This document shows, piece by piece, positions 17,087-32,339 of a stretch of 64,000 nucleotides of DNA. How positions within the stretch are numbered: the stretch's first letter is position 1; each line of letters begins with the position of its first letter. The notes beneath the pieces were generated by a model. The model saw nothing but the letters and a program-made list of their open reading frames with translations. It was not told the origin of the DNA and searched no databases. The position numbers and the translations under genes were made by a program. Origin of the DNA: the human T2T-CHM13v2.0 reference genome, Homo sapiens. The DNA is taken from NCBI RefSeq assembly GCF_009914755.1, contig NC_060934.1. One strand, written 5' to 3'.

Positions 17087-17773
17087 TGAAGCCACCTTTG
17101 CTAAATTATGACTGAGACAGTGAAAGAGATCTAACGTAACCAACTCCATCTTCCTCCTAACCTCCAAGCTGTCCTTGTTCATTCCTGGGCGTAGGCTGAA
17201 CTAACTTTGGGAAGAACTTAGTTTATAGTTTAAACAAAGATGGTAACAGCCCTTTCCCAAAGCTGACCTCCTTCTTGCCTGGGGACTAGATGGCCTTTGT
17301 AGGGCTAACATTAGCCACAAGATGAGAAATGATGGTTTAGGAGTCACGCAGCAGGAGGCTACAAGATTCTGACCCTCCCTAAACTGCTCCTAAGATCAGC
17401 CCTTGAGATATTGTCCAGAACCTGTACTGTACTTGATGGATCAGCTGGTACCACCCAGATCCATAAACTGGCTCATCTGCTCTTATGGCCCCCACCCAGG
17501 AAGTGACTCAGCACAAGAAGACAGCTCCAACTCTCTGTGACTTCATCTCTGACCAATCACACTCCTGGCACACTGGCTTCCCCCCACCCACCAAGTTGTC
17601 CTTAAAAACTCTGCTCCCTGAATGCTCGGGGAGACCAATTTGAGTGATAATGAAACGCTGGTCTCCTGCACAGCTGGCTCTGTGTGAATTACCCTTTCTC
17701 TGTTGCAATTCCCCTGTCTTGGTAAATCGGCTCTGTCTAGGCAGCAGGCCAGGTGAACCCTTGGGCCGTTACA
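17087..17773 (+). mobile_element. LTR8-type solo LTR
   Basis: TGAAGCCACCTTTGCTAAATTATGACTGAGACAGTGAAAGAGATCT...GGGCCGTTACA; about 690 bp with TG...CA termini. Confidence 0.88.
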
Positions 17774-17911
17774 CTGGGGTGCTGTAGGCCCCGTTTAGTC
17801 CGTTTAGTCCACCTGAGCCCCAAGGCACTGAGAGGAGGACAGAGGCTGAGGATGGCAGTGGGGGCCACAGTTCCCACTTCTGAGCCTCCTTCCCTGGGAG
17901 GGGGCTCCTCA

Positions 17912-19288
17912 TGTTGGGGGGTTCAAACCAGAGCATCTCCATCTTGAGTGAGGGCTGGGAAAGGAGGCTGGGGCTTGCTGGGCTGTAGTGCCGGAAAGTT
18001 AGGTATTCCCAGCCTCTAGATGTTTCTGGTTAAGGGAAAAGATTGACAACATTTACTAAACAGATCCAGACTTAAGAGTGTCCTGATATCCCAATATCTT
18101 GAGAACAGAAGCAGTCCTAATTTTGCTTTAAAGATAATATCGATTCTTGCAAAATATAGTAATTAAGAACAGTAACTCTTCATCACAAACCCTCGTAGCA
18201 GAGCACATCTCCCCATGATCTTTTTTTATCGTGTGTATAAACAAGTATTGTACTGTGGGTGGACACATTCCTCCTCTTACTTTTGGGAACACCCTACTCT
18301 GTCTATGGAGTATCTGTTCCTTCACCACTTTTGTCAACAAAGAGTCAAACTCTGTAATATATTTGAAGAGATTTATTCTGACCCAAACGTGAGTGACCAT
18401 GGCCCATGACACAGCCCTCAGGAGGTCCTGAGAACCTGCACCCCAGGTTGTCGGGGTACAGCCTGGTTTTATATCTTCTATGGAGCGGGGGGTGGGGTGG
18501 GGTGGGGGGGGCATGAGACATTAATCAAATACATTTAAGAAATACATTGGTTTGGTCCAGAAAGGCGGGACCACTCTAAGTGGGGGTGGGGGTGGGCGTG
18601 GGGGTGGGAGGGGGTGGGGGTGGGGGTGGGAGAGGGCACTTCCAGGCTATAGGTAAATTTAAACATTTTCTGGTTGACAATTGGTTGAGTTTCTCTAAAG
18701 ACCTGGGAACCATAGAAAGGAAATATTCAGGTTAAGATAAAAGATTGTGGAGACCAAGGTTCTTTTGAAGTCTCATAGTGGCTGCCCTTAGAGACAATAG
18801 ATGACAATTTTTTCCTATTCAGATGTTCAAAAGGTGTTAGACTCTTAGTTAACCTCTTTAGGATTGGGAGGGCCTGGAAAGAAAAGATCTGGCTGTGTCT
18901 CTAGAGATTCTTCACAGTTGCACATTTTCCCCCACGAAGGACAGCTTTGTAGGGCCATCTCAAGATATGGCAGAGAAACATGTTTTGGGGTTAAATATTT
19001 TGATTTTCTTCCTTGTCTCATAAAATTATGCCAGGGTCAGGTTGGAAAGTAAGTCACAATATATAGGATTAAATAAAACCCATCTGATGAGAATTTATGG
19101 TTTGTAGGGCATGACTCCCCAGACCCCTGAGACAGGAATTTGGGCAAGATGAGAAAATCAGAGCTTAGTCCTCACTTTCTTAACAAACTTGCTTTTGCTT
19201 TGCACTGTGGACTTGGCCTGAATTCATTCTTGCATGAGATCCAAGAACCTTTTCTTGGAGTCTGGATTGGGACTGCTTTCCTGTAACA
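17912..19288 (+). mobile_element. MER41C/D-type LTR split by a MER4 LTR
   Basis: 5' part 17912-18331 (TTCAAACCAGAGCATCTCCATCTTGAGTGAGGGCT...) and 3' part 19175-19288 ending TTTCCTGTAACA. Confidence 0.85.
18332..19174 (-). mobile_element. MER4A/E-type solo LTR nested in MER41
   Basis: Reverse complement of the 14623-15345 type; 4-bp TSD CTTT (18328-31 and 19175-78). Confidence 0.92.
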
Positions 19289-19293
19289 CCTGC

Positions 19294-19861
19294 TGTAACT
19301 GCCCAGTGGATTTCACCTTGCCCACTGCCTAGACAGCTGATTTGTCAAGACAGGGGAATTGCAATACAGAAAGAGTAATTTACCCAGAGCCAGCTATGTG
19401 GGAGACAGGAGTTTTATTGTTACTCAAATGAGTCTCTCCGAAAACTCAGGGATCAGAGTGTTTAAGGACAATGTGGTGGGTAGGGGGCCAGTGAGTCGGG
19501 AGTGCTGATTGGTTGGCTCAGGGATGAAATTATAGGGAGTCAAAGCTGTCCCCACCTCTTGTTCTTCTTGAGACAGGGTCTCACTCTATCACCCAGGCTG
19601 GAGTGCGGTGGCACAATCTTGGCTCATTGCAACCTCCGCCTCCCAGGTTCAAGGGATTTTCCGGCCCCAGCCACCTGAGTAGCTGGAATTACAGGCACAC
19701 GCCACCACGCCCGGCTAATTTTTATATTTTTAGTAGAGATGGGATTTCACCACGTTGGCCAGGCTGGTCTTGAACTGGCCTCAAGTGATCTGCCTGCCCC
19801 GGCCTCCCAAAGTGTTGGGATTACAGGAGTGAGCCACCTTATCTGGCTGAAGCTGTCCTCT
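19294..19861 (-). mobile_element. LTR8-type LTR 3' portion with AluS(-) ~19560-19848; truncated at the MER61 provirus
   Basis: TGTAACTGCCCAGTGGATTTCACC... matches the reverse complement of the 17087-17773 3' end; AAGCTGTCC flanks the Alu on both sides. Confidence 0.85.
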
Positions 19862-20207
19862 TGAGACAGGAAAATAGGGTCTGCAGGCAGGAAGCATGAG
19901 GCTGATTCACACTTTGACTATAACAGGAAATATCCTCTCCATAGGGCTATACACCGAGTAAGTGACTTTGTAACTTTACTTCATCCTCTTCATTTACATA
20001 GGACATACCCCAAGTAGAGGGTATTTAAACACAAAAACTCTGTAACGGGGCCCTTGAGCCCCTATGCTCGGGCCGGCTCCTACCCTGTGGAGTGCACTTT
20101 CATTTTCAATAGATCCCTTCATCTCTTCCTTGCTTTGTTTGTGCGTGTTGTCCAATTCTTTGTTCAAGACACCAAGAACCTGGACGCGCTCCACCGTTAA
20201 CATATTT

Positions 20208-20225
20208 TGGCGAGCCAGCCAGGAG
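20208..20225 (+). promoter_or_regulatory. Primer-binding site complementary to tRNA-Arg(ACG)
   Basis: TGGCGAGCCAGCCAGGAG is the reverse complement of CTCCTGGCTGGCTCGCCA, the 3' 18 nt of human tRNA-Arg-ACG as I recall it. It lies 5 nt after the LTR and is followed by an AG|GTGAGC donor at 20232. Confidence 0.88.
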
Positions 20226-20591
20226 AAAGAGGTGAGCCCAAAGTTTGTTTCTCCTTTTCCTTTCTGCTTCATCCAGGGCAATCTCTTTCTCTCTCTTTTC
20301 CTTTCCAAACTGGGACCCATGTGTAGGTAGCGCCTAAACATGGAAGCAACTGTAGGTTTCCGGCGGTGGCCAGTGAAACTAAGGGGCTTCCATGTGGAGA
20401 AACCTGACTGCCACCACCAATTTGCTTAAGGGACCAGGGTCTTTTTCATTTTTTTTTCCTCTCTTTTTCAGTCTTTCAGTGGCTGTTGCCTAGTAGCTCC
20501 TTGGAATTGAGGGCAATTGGCTGGGGTCACACCCCGGTATTGCCTGAGGGCCTAGGAACGAATGGGAATAGTTGCCCCAAAGGGGAAAGGC

Positions 20592-20628
<37 letters not shown>

Positions 20629-23600
20629 CGACACGTGGCCCTGATCCCTAAGTGTGACGCAGCTCGGAGCAAACTCGCACGCGTTTCAGGCAACTTAAAC
20701 CTTTTCTTGGCTGGGCAGGGTGGTTCATGCCTGTAATCCCCGCACTCTGGGAGGCTGAGGTGGGCGGATCACGAGGTCGGGAGTTCGAGACCAGCCTGCC
20801 CAACATAGTGAAACCCCCGTTTCTACTAAAAATACAAAAATTAGCTGGGTGTAGTGGTGGGTGCCTGTAATCCCAGCTACTCAGGAGGCTAAGGCGGGAA
20901 AATCGCTTGAACCTGGGAGGCAGAGGTTGTGGGGAGATCTCGCCACTGCACTCCAGCCTGGGCAACAGAGCAAGACTCTGTCTCAAAAAAAAAAAAAAAA
21001 AAAAAAAACCTTTCTTATGCTAAATTCGTCCCTTCCCCTATTCTACTGGCAAAGGGCAAAGGAAACCCACCCAGCCTCCAGTTCCTGTCTTTAAAGTTCA
21101 TGGAACAGGAAGCAGGGAAAAGCATGGCCTTATGAAATTATAAGGATGCTAAAAGTCAGGGATTACACTCAGGTACCAAAGGAAAGCTCATAGTGGGCGC
21201 TGGAGGGAACACATGCAGAGCGGCACCGGTGCCCACCTAAGGCCAGAGACGTTTGGAGCTCTAAGATTGGACCCCACAGAAGGACACTTCAGGGGATCCT
21301 CCGGACCTCAAGCTCTTCAAAGAGGACATTCTCAGCAGAGGTTCTGAGGTCTAGTAATAAGCCCTCCTTAGAATTTTCTCTCACGGTTGCAATGCTGCTT
21401 GGCCCCCAAATTTTTTAGAATCTGAAGTTTACTGTCTAATGGGAAAGTGGGATGGCGTCGCATGGATCCAGGGTTTTGTGCTGCTGTTCTAAGCAGGGGG
21501 CCTGGTTAACGTGACACCCTCCTTTGGTACTGTTTGGCTCCAGTGCTCCTTGGAGTCTCGGGAGGTTTAGCCTTTGTTGAGACTGCTTTACCCGAAATTT
21601 TGGTTCCCAGCCTTCCTTGGATTACCTACTGGGGCAAAGTCAAACCGGCGAGCTTGTACTGCAATCTCACAGCTAAGGTTCCAAGCTATTGGGTCTTCAT
21701 TTATGTGTGTGTATACACGTCTAGATGTGTTTATTTGTATGTACACTTATTGTTATATGTTGTGTCTACCAAATTGGCTTATAAGTAAAAGAGTGCTCAT
21801 AAATTAAGTAAATAAGTCTAAGCAATTTTCAACTTCACATGACTCAAGTATAACTTTAGTAAACAAGCTAGCTTTAAAATTAGTGGTGGAATAAAAATAG
21901 AAATGCCTTCAAAATTGTCAGCATACATGTTGTCTGAATTTGATGTTTGTCGTTGCTGGATTAAAATGTCAGCATTAATTCCAGCTGGCAGCTGCTTGGG
22001 GCAAGCCTGCCCCCCATTCTTTTCAGAGTCTCACTGAGATCGATGAATATCTGATTGCTTCCTTTGGAAAGGCTAATCAGAAACGCAGAAGAATGCAACT
22101 GTTTGTCTCCCACCTGTGATCTAAAAACCCCTAAGCCTCCTCCCTGCTGCCTCCAGTTTTCCCACCTTTCTGGACCAAACCAATGTTCATTTTGAATATG
22201 TTGACTGACATCTCCTGTCTCCTTTGTTGAAAGTAAAAATTAAGTACAGTGAATGAAATAAATGTTTTAGGTAAACTTTTTGTGTAAATTAAAATCTTAA
22301 AGTTATTTTTGATGCTCATTCAATATCTGGGTCATTTCCAATAAAGAAAGGGTTGTGATATGGGGAAATATATTTCTGAAATTGTGAAATTGTTCTTATC
22401 TATAAATGCCAATATCTGATAGTTCAGGATTTCCTGCTTTTTAGGATTTCACTGAAGTTTTAGGTTACTAAGGATAAAATTCTAGTTAACATGTAATTCT
22501 GTATACAAAATGTACCAGAAAGGGTTACGTTATTAGTTTAAAAAAAAAAGAATAATTTTGTCTAATTCAGAAGTTATCTAAAAGTTCAAATTACAGATTT
22601 GAAAAGGTTATTTCTGAAACAATGTAGTAAGGAACCATTAAGTACAGGAGAAAGATGTGGAAAAAGTTTAAATAATAAAATCTTTAAAACGTGACAGAGA
22701 ATTGGAGACATTTGGCTAATTAACATTTTCATAGTTAAAGCTCTTAGTCTTGATTAAAGTAAAATAAGAAGTATTGTAAAATGCATCAGCAGCTTGGCAA
22801 TTTTTTTTTTTTAAATATAGTTAAGCATGAAGCTGGATTTAGTGTGAAGCCAATTTTCACATACATGCTTCACACTTTGGAAAATTGTTTCTTGTTTAGT
22901 GTGGGTAGTGCTGGAGTACTTCTCAGTCATGTGCCTAAAGTGGATTTCTGGATTGCGCAGAAGGTCTAATGATATTAGGAAACTTAAGGACATTACATCA
23001 TGTATCAGGAATAGAATATTCATTATGTGGGTGTTTTGGGGCCCTGCGTAACCATAGCCTCCAGGGCACATTTAGTATGAAAATTTAGGATTGGTTTTTT
23101 ATTTGTTTTTGCTTTTAGTTTTCATTCATTTGCTGTTTATTCTCTGGCTTTGCTTGTGTATCTACATATATAAAACCATGTGAGTGAAGACTTTTATTCC
23201 GTTCTGTGAATAGTTATTTTGTTTCTTCTGCATTTTTAGGAAGTCATCATTCCTTCCATTTATCTGGAATTCCCAAGCTACCTTTGTCGGGATGCAGGAA
23301 TTAATGGAGTACACCAGCTTTTTATCCTTAAATGAACTTTGGGGATTTTAGGCTTCCTGATACTTTAAGCGTGTTGAGTATATTCTTACAAATAGGATTT
23401 GAGTTATCTTTCTTTCTCTGCTGAGTTTCTTCAAAAAGTGTCAACTATACCTGTGAATATTCTGAATTCATGGCCTTGTGTTTGTTTGCATACAGTCAGG
23501 CAGGGCCGCCAGGGCCGCTCAGGGAGAGAGAACCCAGAAACCTGGCACGCCGGCAAAAGGGGAAGAATTTCTTACGTCAGTCTCTGGCCTCTTTCTCTCT

Positions 23601-24101
23601 CTGCAAACTGGTGAATCTCCTCTGTGAAGTTTTAAATTAATTGGTTTAATAATAATAAGAGCTTAAATCCAATATTTTGTCAGAAAAGTAGAAAGTGTAA
23701 TGCCCTTTAGTTCATGTGACTTTAGCAATCTTTGGGAAATAAAAATGGTTTTAAAGATTATTGGTAAAATACAAATGTCTTCAAAATGTAAACGTATGGT
23801 CTAAAATATGTTCAAATATTAGGTTTGCTAAATGCTTTAAGGTCATAAACTGTTTCTTTGGGTTTTGAAAATTGTTGGACTTGCCTGCTTTCCAGCTAGG
23901 TAAGGTCTGGGGACTTGTGGAGTTGGCCACACCCCTGGCTGTGCTGGAAATAGCCAAACTGTATCAGAACATAACTTACCAGGTCTTACATTAAAATTCA
24001 CCATTATAACATGCAATTAAGACTGCTAGAAACAGCTTTACATGCAAAGTGTGTAAGAACAGTAGAATGTGTGTGTCTGTGTGTGTGTGTGTGTTTTTTG
24101 A

Positions 24102-24206
<105 letters not shown>

Positions 24207-24789
24207 TGAGTAGCTGGGATTACAGGCACATGCCACCATGCCCAGCTGATTTTTGTATTTTTAGTAGGGACGGGGTTTCATTATATTGGTCAGGCTGGTC
24301 TCAAACTCCTGACCTCAGGTGATCCGCCCACCTCGGCCTCCCAAAGTGCTGGGATTACAGGTGTGAGCCACCGCGGCCAGCCATGTGTGTGTTTTTTAAA
24401 GATTATGAAAGGTTTTTCCTTCTTTAAAATGTCTGAGTCATCATTTTGACAAAATAAGTAAGTAATGGTAATCTGGAATTTCAAAATCAAACTTCAGTTT
24501 CAAAATTGTCTTTCCTAATGCCTGGCTTTCTTGGACGAATCAGAGAGCCCCTGAAAGCATCCAGAAATGAGGTAAACAGAATTATTTGATGTGTTTAGGT
24601 ACACAGGATTGCCACAATGATGCTCAATCTTCTTTAGGTTGTATTTTTGTGAATAATACTAATATATATTCCTAAATTATATGAGATTTCTAAAATTCTA
24701 ATGTCTAAGTGTATTCCATCAATTATAATTATGGTTATTATGTTATTTTATTGTGAACCACAAAAATAACCAAATTTCCTTGTCAGTGC

Positions 24790-25400
24790 TATGCACCTAA
24801 TTTGGAAAAACAACTGGTATCCAAAAGGATATAAACATGGACTCATGGAGAACCAGGATGGCCACCTTGTCCTTCCTGAGTCCTTAAAGCTTTTATTATT
24901 AAAACTTCTGCATTCCATGACTCATCATAGAAACGATATAATGATCCAAATTGGATACATTGGTGTAGTGACTTACAAATTAGTAAAATAGTTTATAACC
25001 AATGCTTGATCCCGTATTCCTGGGAAAACAATTAAAGCTTCAGATACATTTGGTCACCTGGTGAGCCATTAAACATTTTATAAAGGGATTTCATTCAGTT
25101 GTTATTTTTGATGTATGTGTTCTGGTTGTATAAAATCTTTCCCATGCAAGAGGACTGATGTTATAACAGTAGATTATTTTGTCACAGTATATTTTCACCA
25201 GGTTGAAAAAAGGCTTTTTATGGTTCAGATCTTCTGGGAACATCAGAGAAAGACTGTCCTTGCCATCCACACTACAACAAAACTTCAGGACCTTGAACTT
25301 TGGGTTTATAATGTCACAACTGAGAAGGGTCCCTCCACACTCTTGGAGCTGTGCACCCGTTGGAACCCTTAAGGTAAAAATAATCAGGGAAATTTCTCCC
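24790..25400 (+). pseudogene. Decayed retroviral pol (integrase region) remnant
   Basis: Fragments DGHLVLPESLKLLLLKLLHSMTHH (HH zinc-binding region), SGCIKSFPCKRTDVITV (compare FSGWVEAFP) and HTTTKLQDLELWV (IN C-terminus); heavily deleted. Confidence 0.7.
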
Positions 25401-25499
25401 AAGACGAGGATGGCATCCTTGTTGTGAACAGCTTTTCCCGAGTTCACAGATTAAGACTTCTGTCATGAAACTTCTCTTTGAATACTTTTTCTTGCTTAT

Positions 25500-26560
<1,061 letters not shown>

Positions 26561-27514
26561 CCCGTAACCTATAAATGATGTGCTGAGACTGGAAACCCAA
26601 AATGATGGTAACTGAGAGTGGTGTAAAGCCCCTAAGCTTTGGTCACTCTCTCGCCGAAGTGAGAACCTGACCAAAAAGGAGGCATTCTTTAAACAAAATT
26701 CTGGGAGGCCATTGTTTTGGACTAAGCTCATGCACTAGGCCCCAACAAACCAAACCAAACCCAAATGGAGTCACTTGTGCTAAGACTTTAAGGAAACACA
26801 TAGATTCTAGAACAGACCAGGTTTTGTTTTTTTCTCCTGCAAATCTCTATAACGAACATTTCTGACTGCATGGGTATCCACCTCCGAAGTTCCTATGAAA
26901 TCTTTTAACCAAATTTATTTCCTCTCGCCTAAAGACCATCAAGCCTCAGATGATCACGCAACAAATGTTCCAGCCAGTTCCAGGTGAAGACACCACCCCT
27001 GGCTATCAAACAGCTACCCTTCCTCCACTAGACAGAGCAGGGCGAGAGTTCCATGATTCCCAATAGGAAGGGACTACGCTCCAAGTCAGCATGAAGCAGT
27101 ACAGAAAAAAGACCATTGGTCCCTCTGCCTCCCATAAAGATTTATGGGGATCACATACTGGGGGGATATGAGACAGGAAAATAGGGTCTGCAGGCAGGAA
27201 GCATGAGGCCGATTCACACTTCAGCTATAACAGGAAATATCCTCTCCATAGGGCATACACCGAGTAAATGACTTTGTAAATTTACTTCATCCTCTTCATT
27301 TACATAGGACGTACCCCAAGTAGAGGGTATTTAAACTCACAAAAACTCTTTAACGGGGCCCTTGAGCCCCTATGCTTAGGCCCGCTCGCACACTGTGGAG
27401 TGCACTTTCATTTTCAATAGATCCCTTCATCTCTTCCTTGCTTTGTTTGTAGGTTTTGTCCAATTCTTTGTTCCAGACACCGAGAACCTGGACACCCTCC
27501 ACCATGAACACCCA

Positions 27515-28814
<1,300 letters not shown>

Positions 28815-29265
28815 TGTCAATGAAAAGAGTCAAACTCTGAAAAATATTTGAAGAGATTTATTCTGACCAAAACATTAGTGACCATGGCCCGTGACACAGC
28901 CCTCAGGAGGTCCTGAGAACCTGCGCCCCACGTGGTCGGGGTGCAGCCTGGTTTTATATCTTCTACGGGGCAGGGGGTCATGAGACATCAATCAAATACA
29001 TTTAAGAAATACATTGGTTGGGTCCAGAAAGGCAGGCAACTCAAAGTGGGGGGCGGGGCTTCCAGGCTACAGGTAAATTTAAACATTTTCTGGTTGACAA
29101 TTGGTTGAGTTTGTCTAAAGTCCTGGGATCTATAGAAAGGAAATATTCAGGTTAAGATAAAAGACTGTGGAGCCCAAGTTTCTTTTGAAGCCTCATAGTG
29201 GCTGCCCTCAGAGACAATAGATGACAAATATTTCCTATTCAGATGCTTAGAAGGTGCTAGACTCT
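28815..29265 (-). mobile_element. Truncated MER4 LTR (duplicate of 18332-18845)
   Basis: Same junction CTTT|TGTCAA within MER41 as in the first copy; homology stops at ...TAGACTCT. Confidence 0.9.
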
Positions 29266-29968
29266 CTGTAACCGAAGAAGTTTTCTCAACAGATTCTTTT
29301 TCTCTAAACATTCACAAATGCAAAAACACATTTTGTATATTTGTGCATGAGTGATCTACAGAAGTCCTTGTCTTATTAATGAAAGTTCATGGAGACATGA
29401 TACCTTTATCACTTACTGTGCACTCACACATCACTGGTTTCAAACATTTCTCACCCGTGTGATGGGGCACTGGGTGCCTCTGAGAACATGCTGATTTTTG
29501 GACTGGACATATTCTCCACTCCTCACTTGACTTCATGGTTCCTCGCTCATACAGATGTCTCTGTGACTGAAAACCCAACACTGATATCCAGCAGATTTTC
29601 CTCTTATGAGATTCATATTCTCTCTCTCCCTTTCTCTCCATGTCTCTATTTTTCTCTGTCAATGCTATTTATTACTGAATCATACTGAATCCTGCCAACA
29701 GTCTCCATCTCACGTTCTGCCAATCTTCTGCCTCAAAGATAATTAGGGGCAAACTCATCCTTGCCCAAGGTGGGAAAACTCTCCAGACTTATACCAGATT
29801 TACAGCCTCATATGAACCATGATCAAACATTATTTGTTTTTAGATTATACCTCAAAATGAAAAATGCTTTTTCAAAATAGCTATGGCATTCTATATTCCC
29901 ACCATTACGCAAAGCAGCATGGAGGCTCCCAAATACATTAAAACAGAAATACCATATGACCAGCGATC

Positions 29969-30299
29969 CTTCTGGGGCTCCTTCCCTGGGAGGGGGTCCT
30001 CGCTTCTGAGCATCCTTCCCTGGGAGACGGTCCCCACTTCTGGGGCTCCTTCCCTGGGAGGGGGTCCTCGCTTCTGAGCATCCTTCCCTGGGAGAGAGTC
30101 CCCACTTCTGGGGTTCCTTCCCTGGGAGGGGATCCTCACTTCTGAGCATCCTTCCCTGGGAGACGGCCCCCACTTCTGGGGTTCCTTCCCTGGGAGGGGG
30201 TCCTCGCTTCTGAGCATCCTTCCTTAGGAGAGGGTCCCCACTTCTGGGGCTCCTTCCCTGGGTGGGGGGTCCCCACGTCTGAGCCTCCTTCCCTGGGAG
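29969..30299. repeat. GC-rich minisatellite: 34-bp units alternating as a 68-bp dimer, about 10 units
   Basis: Unit A CTTCTGGGGCTCCTTCCCTGGGAGGGGGTCCTCG and unit B CTTCTGAGCATCCTTCCCTGGGAGACGGTCCCCA, starting at 29969, 30003, 30037, 30071, 30105, 30139, 30173, 30207, 30241 and 30276. Confidence 0.95.
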
Positions 30300-30849
30300 T
30301 GTGCTGTACATGGAGCCATCCTGGGACCTCAGAAGCCTGGGCTGGGTTCAGGGGCATGAGGAGCCTGAGGGGCTGAGGGGTGCCCAGGGCTGGGGACCCA
30401 CAGCGATCTGGGAAGGTGTCTTCCTCTCTGGGGTTTGGTTAACTGTTCAACTCTGACTTTCAGCCACTGCTCAAATTAGCCATTGCCAGTAACAAGGGGA
30501 ATATTTTGGGCTCCATCTGCTTTTGTTTTATTTCTCTCTCTGTTCAATACTCAAGCAAGGAAAAGGGATGCTGTTCATTGTGGGACTCTTAGAGGTGCTA
30601 AACACTTGCAGCTTAAATTGCTGGAGAGGAACTATCTAAAGAGACACCAAAGGCAGGTAAAGTCAGATCTTCAGCATGAGACGTGGACTTGGGCTCTCAT
30701 CTGTATTTGTGACTAGGCCTCACCTGCTTTTTTTCTTTTTTTTTTTTTAATAAACTTTAATTTATTATTTTTGTGTGTGCGTAGGCATGGGGTCTCATCA
30801 TGTCGCCCGGAGTGATCTTGAACTCCTGGCCTCAACCAATCCTCTCTCT

Positions 30850-32336
30850 TCAGCCTGGCTCTGGCCTGGGCGCTGGCTCTCTGTGAGGCTGTGGCTGGAC
30901 CAGGTGCACTGCAAGCAGCTTCCAAGGCTGCCACTGGGAAATGCAGTGGTGCAGGAAGCTTGGAGACTCCAGGAACCACAGGGCCCCAAAGAGGGAGTTA
31001 CAGCCCTGGCTCAGGGAGCTTCGAGGACTGGGCTCCCTGAAGGGCCACAGCTCTTTTCTCCTTCTCTTCACCTGCAACATGGAGAGCAAGGGGTGTGTTT
31101 CAGCCCTGTTTGTGTTACTACTCTTTCAGCTCTGCCATTCAGCAGGTCTTGAGTTCTTGTCCTGTGTCCAGGAAGAATGAGGTATGTGAACAAATGGAGG
31201 GTGAGCAAGGTGAAGAGGAGCTTCATTTAGTGACAGAATAGCTCACAGGAGGCCCTGGAGTGAGTAGCTCCTCTCTGTAACTGCTCATCCCAACGTCTGC
31301 TCAGCTCTGGCTAAGCCCAGGCTTTTATGGGCCTCAGAGGGGAGGAAGTGCGTACCAATTGGTCCATGGGCGGCCATGGGCAGGCCTGCAAAAGGCACCA
31401 CAAGTCCCCTCTCTGGTCTGCAGGATTGGCAGCCCTGCCCCTAGCCTTCAGGCCCTCCCTGGCCTAAAGGTGGGCTCTCACCAGGGACCCACCCCCTTCC
31501 ATCCGGGAGCCTGTCTGCCTCCTGCTGCTGTTCATAGTGTCCAGGCTGTAGGTGCCAAGGGCTGCCTGCAGGCCAGCACAGACCTGCCCTCAGACCCCAT
31601 CGGCTTCCCTCCCAAGCTCGTCAATGCCCAAAGTCTGGAGGGGGCCAGGCAGCAGGGGGTTGGCATGTCAGCAGTGCTCCACGTGCATGCACACCCAACC
31701 GGGCTGTGACAGCACCCGGGCTTGGCCCCAATTTTGCTCTGAGATTGGAGTGAACACTGAAAGCAGGGAGAAGCCAGGCAGTGGGAGCAGGCACTTCTGA
31801 GCCTGTGAGGGCAGGGGGATGCCTTCCTGGGCCCCCAAGAGTGCAGGGATGCCTGGGTCCACAGCCACAGTTTGGGCGGCTGCAACTGCGCCTGGAGGGT
31901 GGGGGCCGCAGGGCTCCTGCCTTCTCCATGGAGTAGGAGGCCCAGGTCTACAACTGTGACTTGGGTGGCTGCAGCTGAGCCTGGGAGGGCGGGGCTCCTG
32001 CCTGCTCCAGTCCCCCTAAGAACACAGGGAGGCCCAGGTCTGCAGCCATGACTTGGGCAGCTGCAGCTGTGCCTGATGGGGGTGGGCAGGGCTCTTGTCT
32101 GCTCCTTGTAGTGGCAGGCTCCGGTCTGCAGCCACAACTTGGCTGGCTGTGGCTGCACCTACAGAGCTCCTGCTCAGAAGGGGCAGGGATCAACTCAGAA
32201 GGGGCAGGGATCCCACTTGTCCCTGGCTCCCGCCGGCTCTGTGGAGTGTGCAGCCCATATGCAGCCCCAGCCACACCTCCCCACTGTACCCAGCATGATG
32301 GCAGCCACCGCTCCAGATGGGCCGCCTCTGCCATCA
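30850..32336 (-). mobile_element. MER52-type long ERV1 LTR (preceded by a FLAM at ~30730-30850)
   Basis: Reverse complement begins TGATGGCAGAGGCGGCCCATCTGGAGCGGTGGCTGCCATCA; GC-rich internal repeats typical of MER52. Confidence 0.85.
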
Positions 32337-32339
32337 TCG

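Noticed and set aside
29823-30357. Repetitive 162-aa and 108-aa ORFs resembling a repeat protein
   Set aside because: They are read-throughs of the 34/68-bp minisatellite, with no splice or promoter support.
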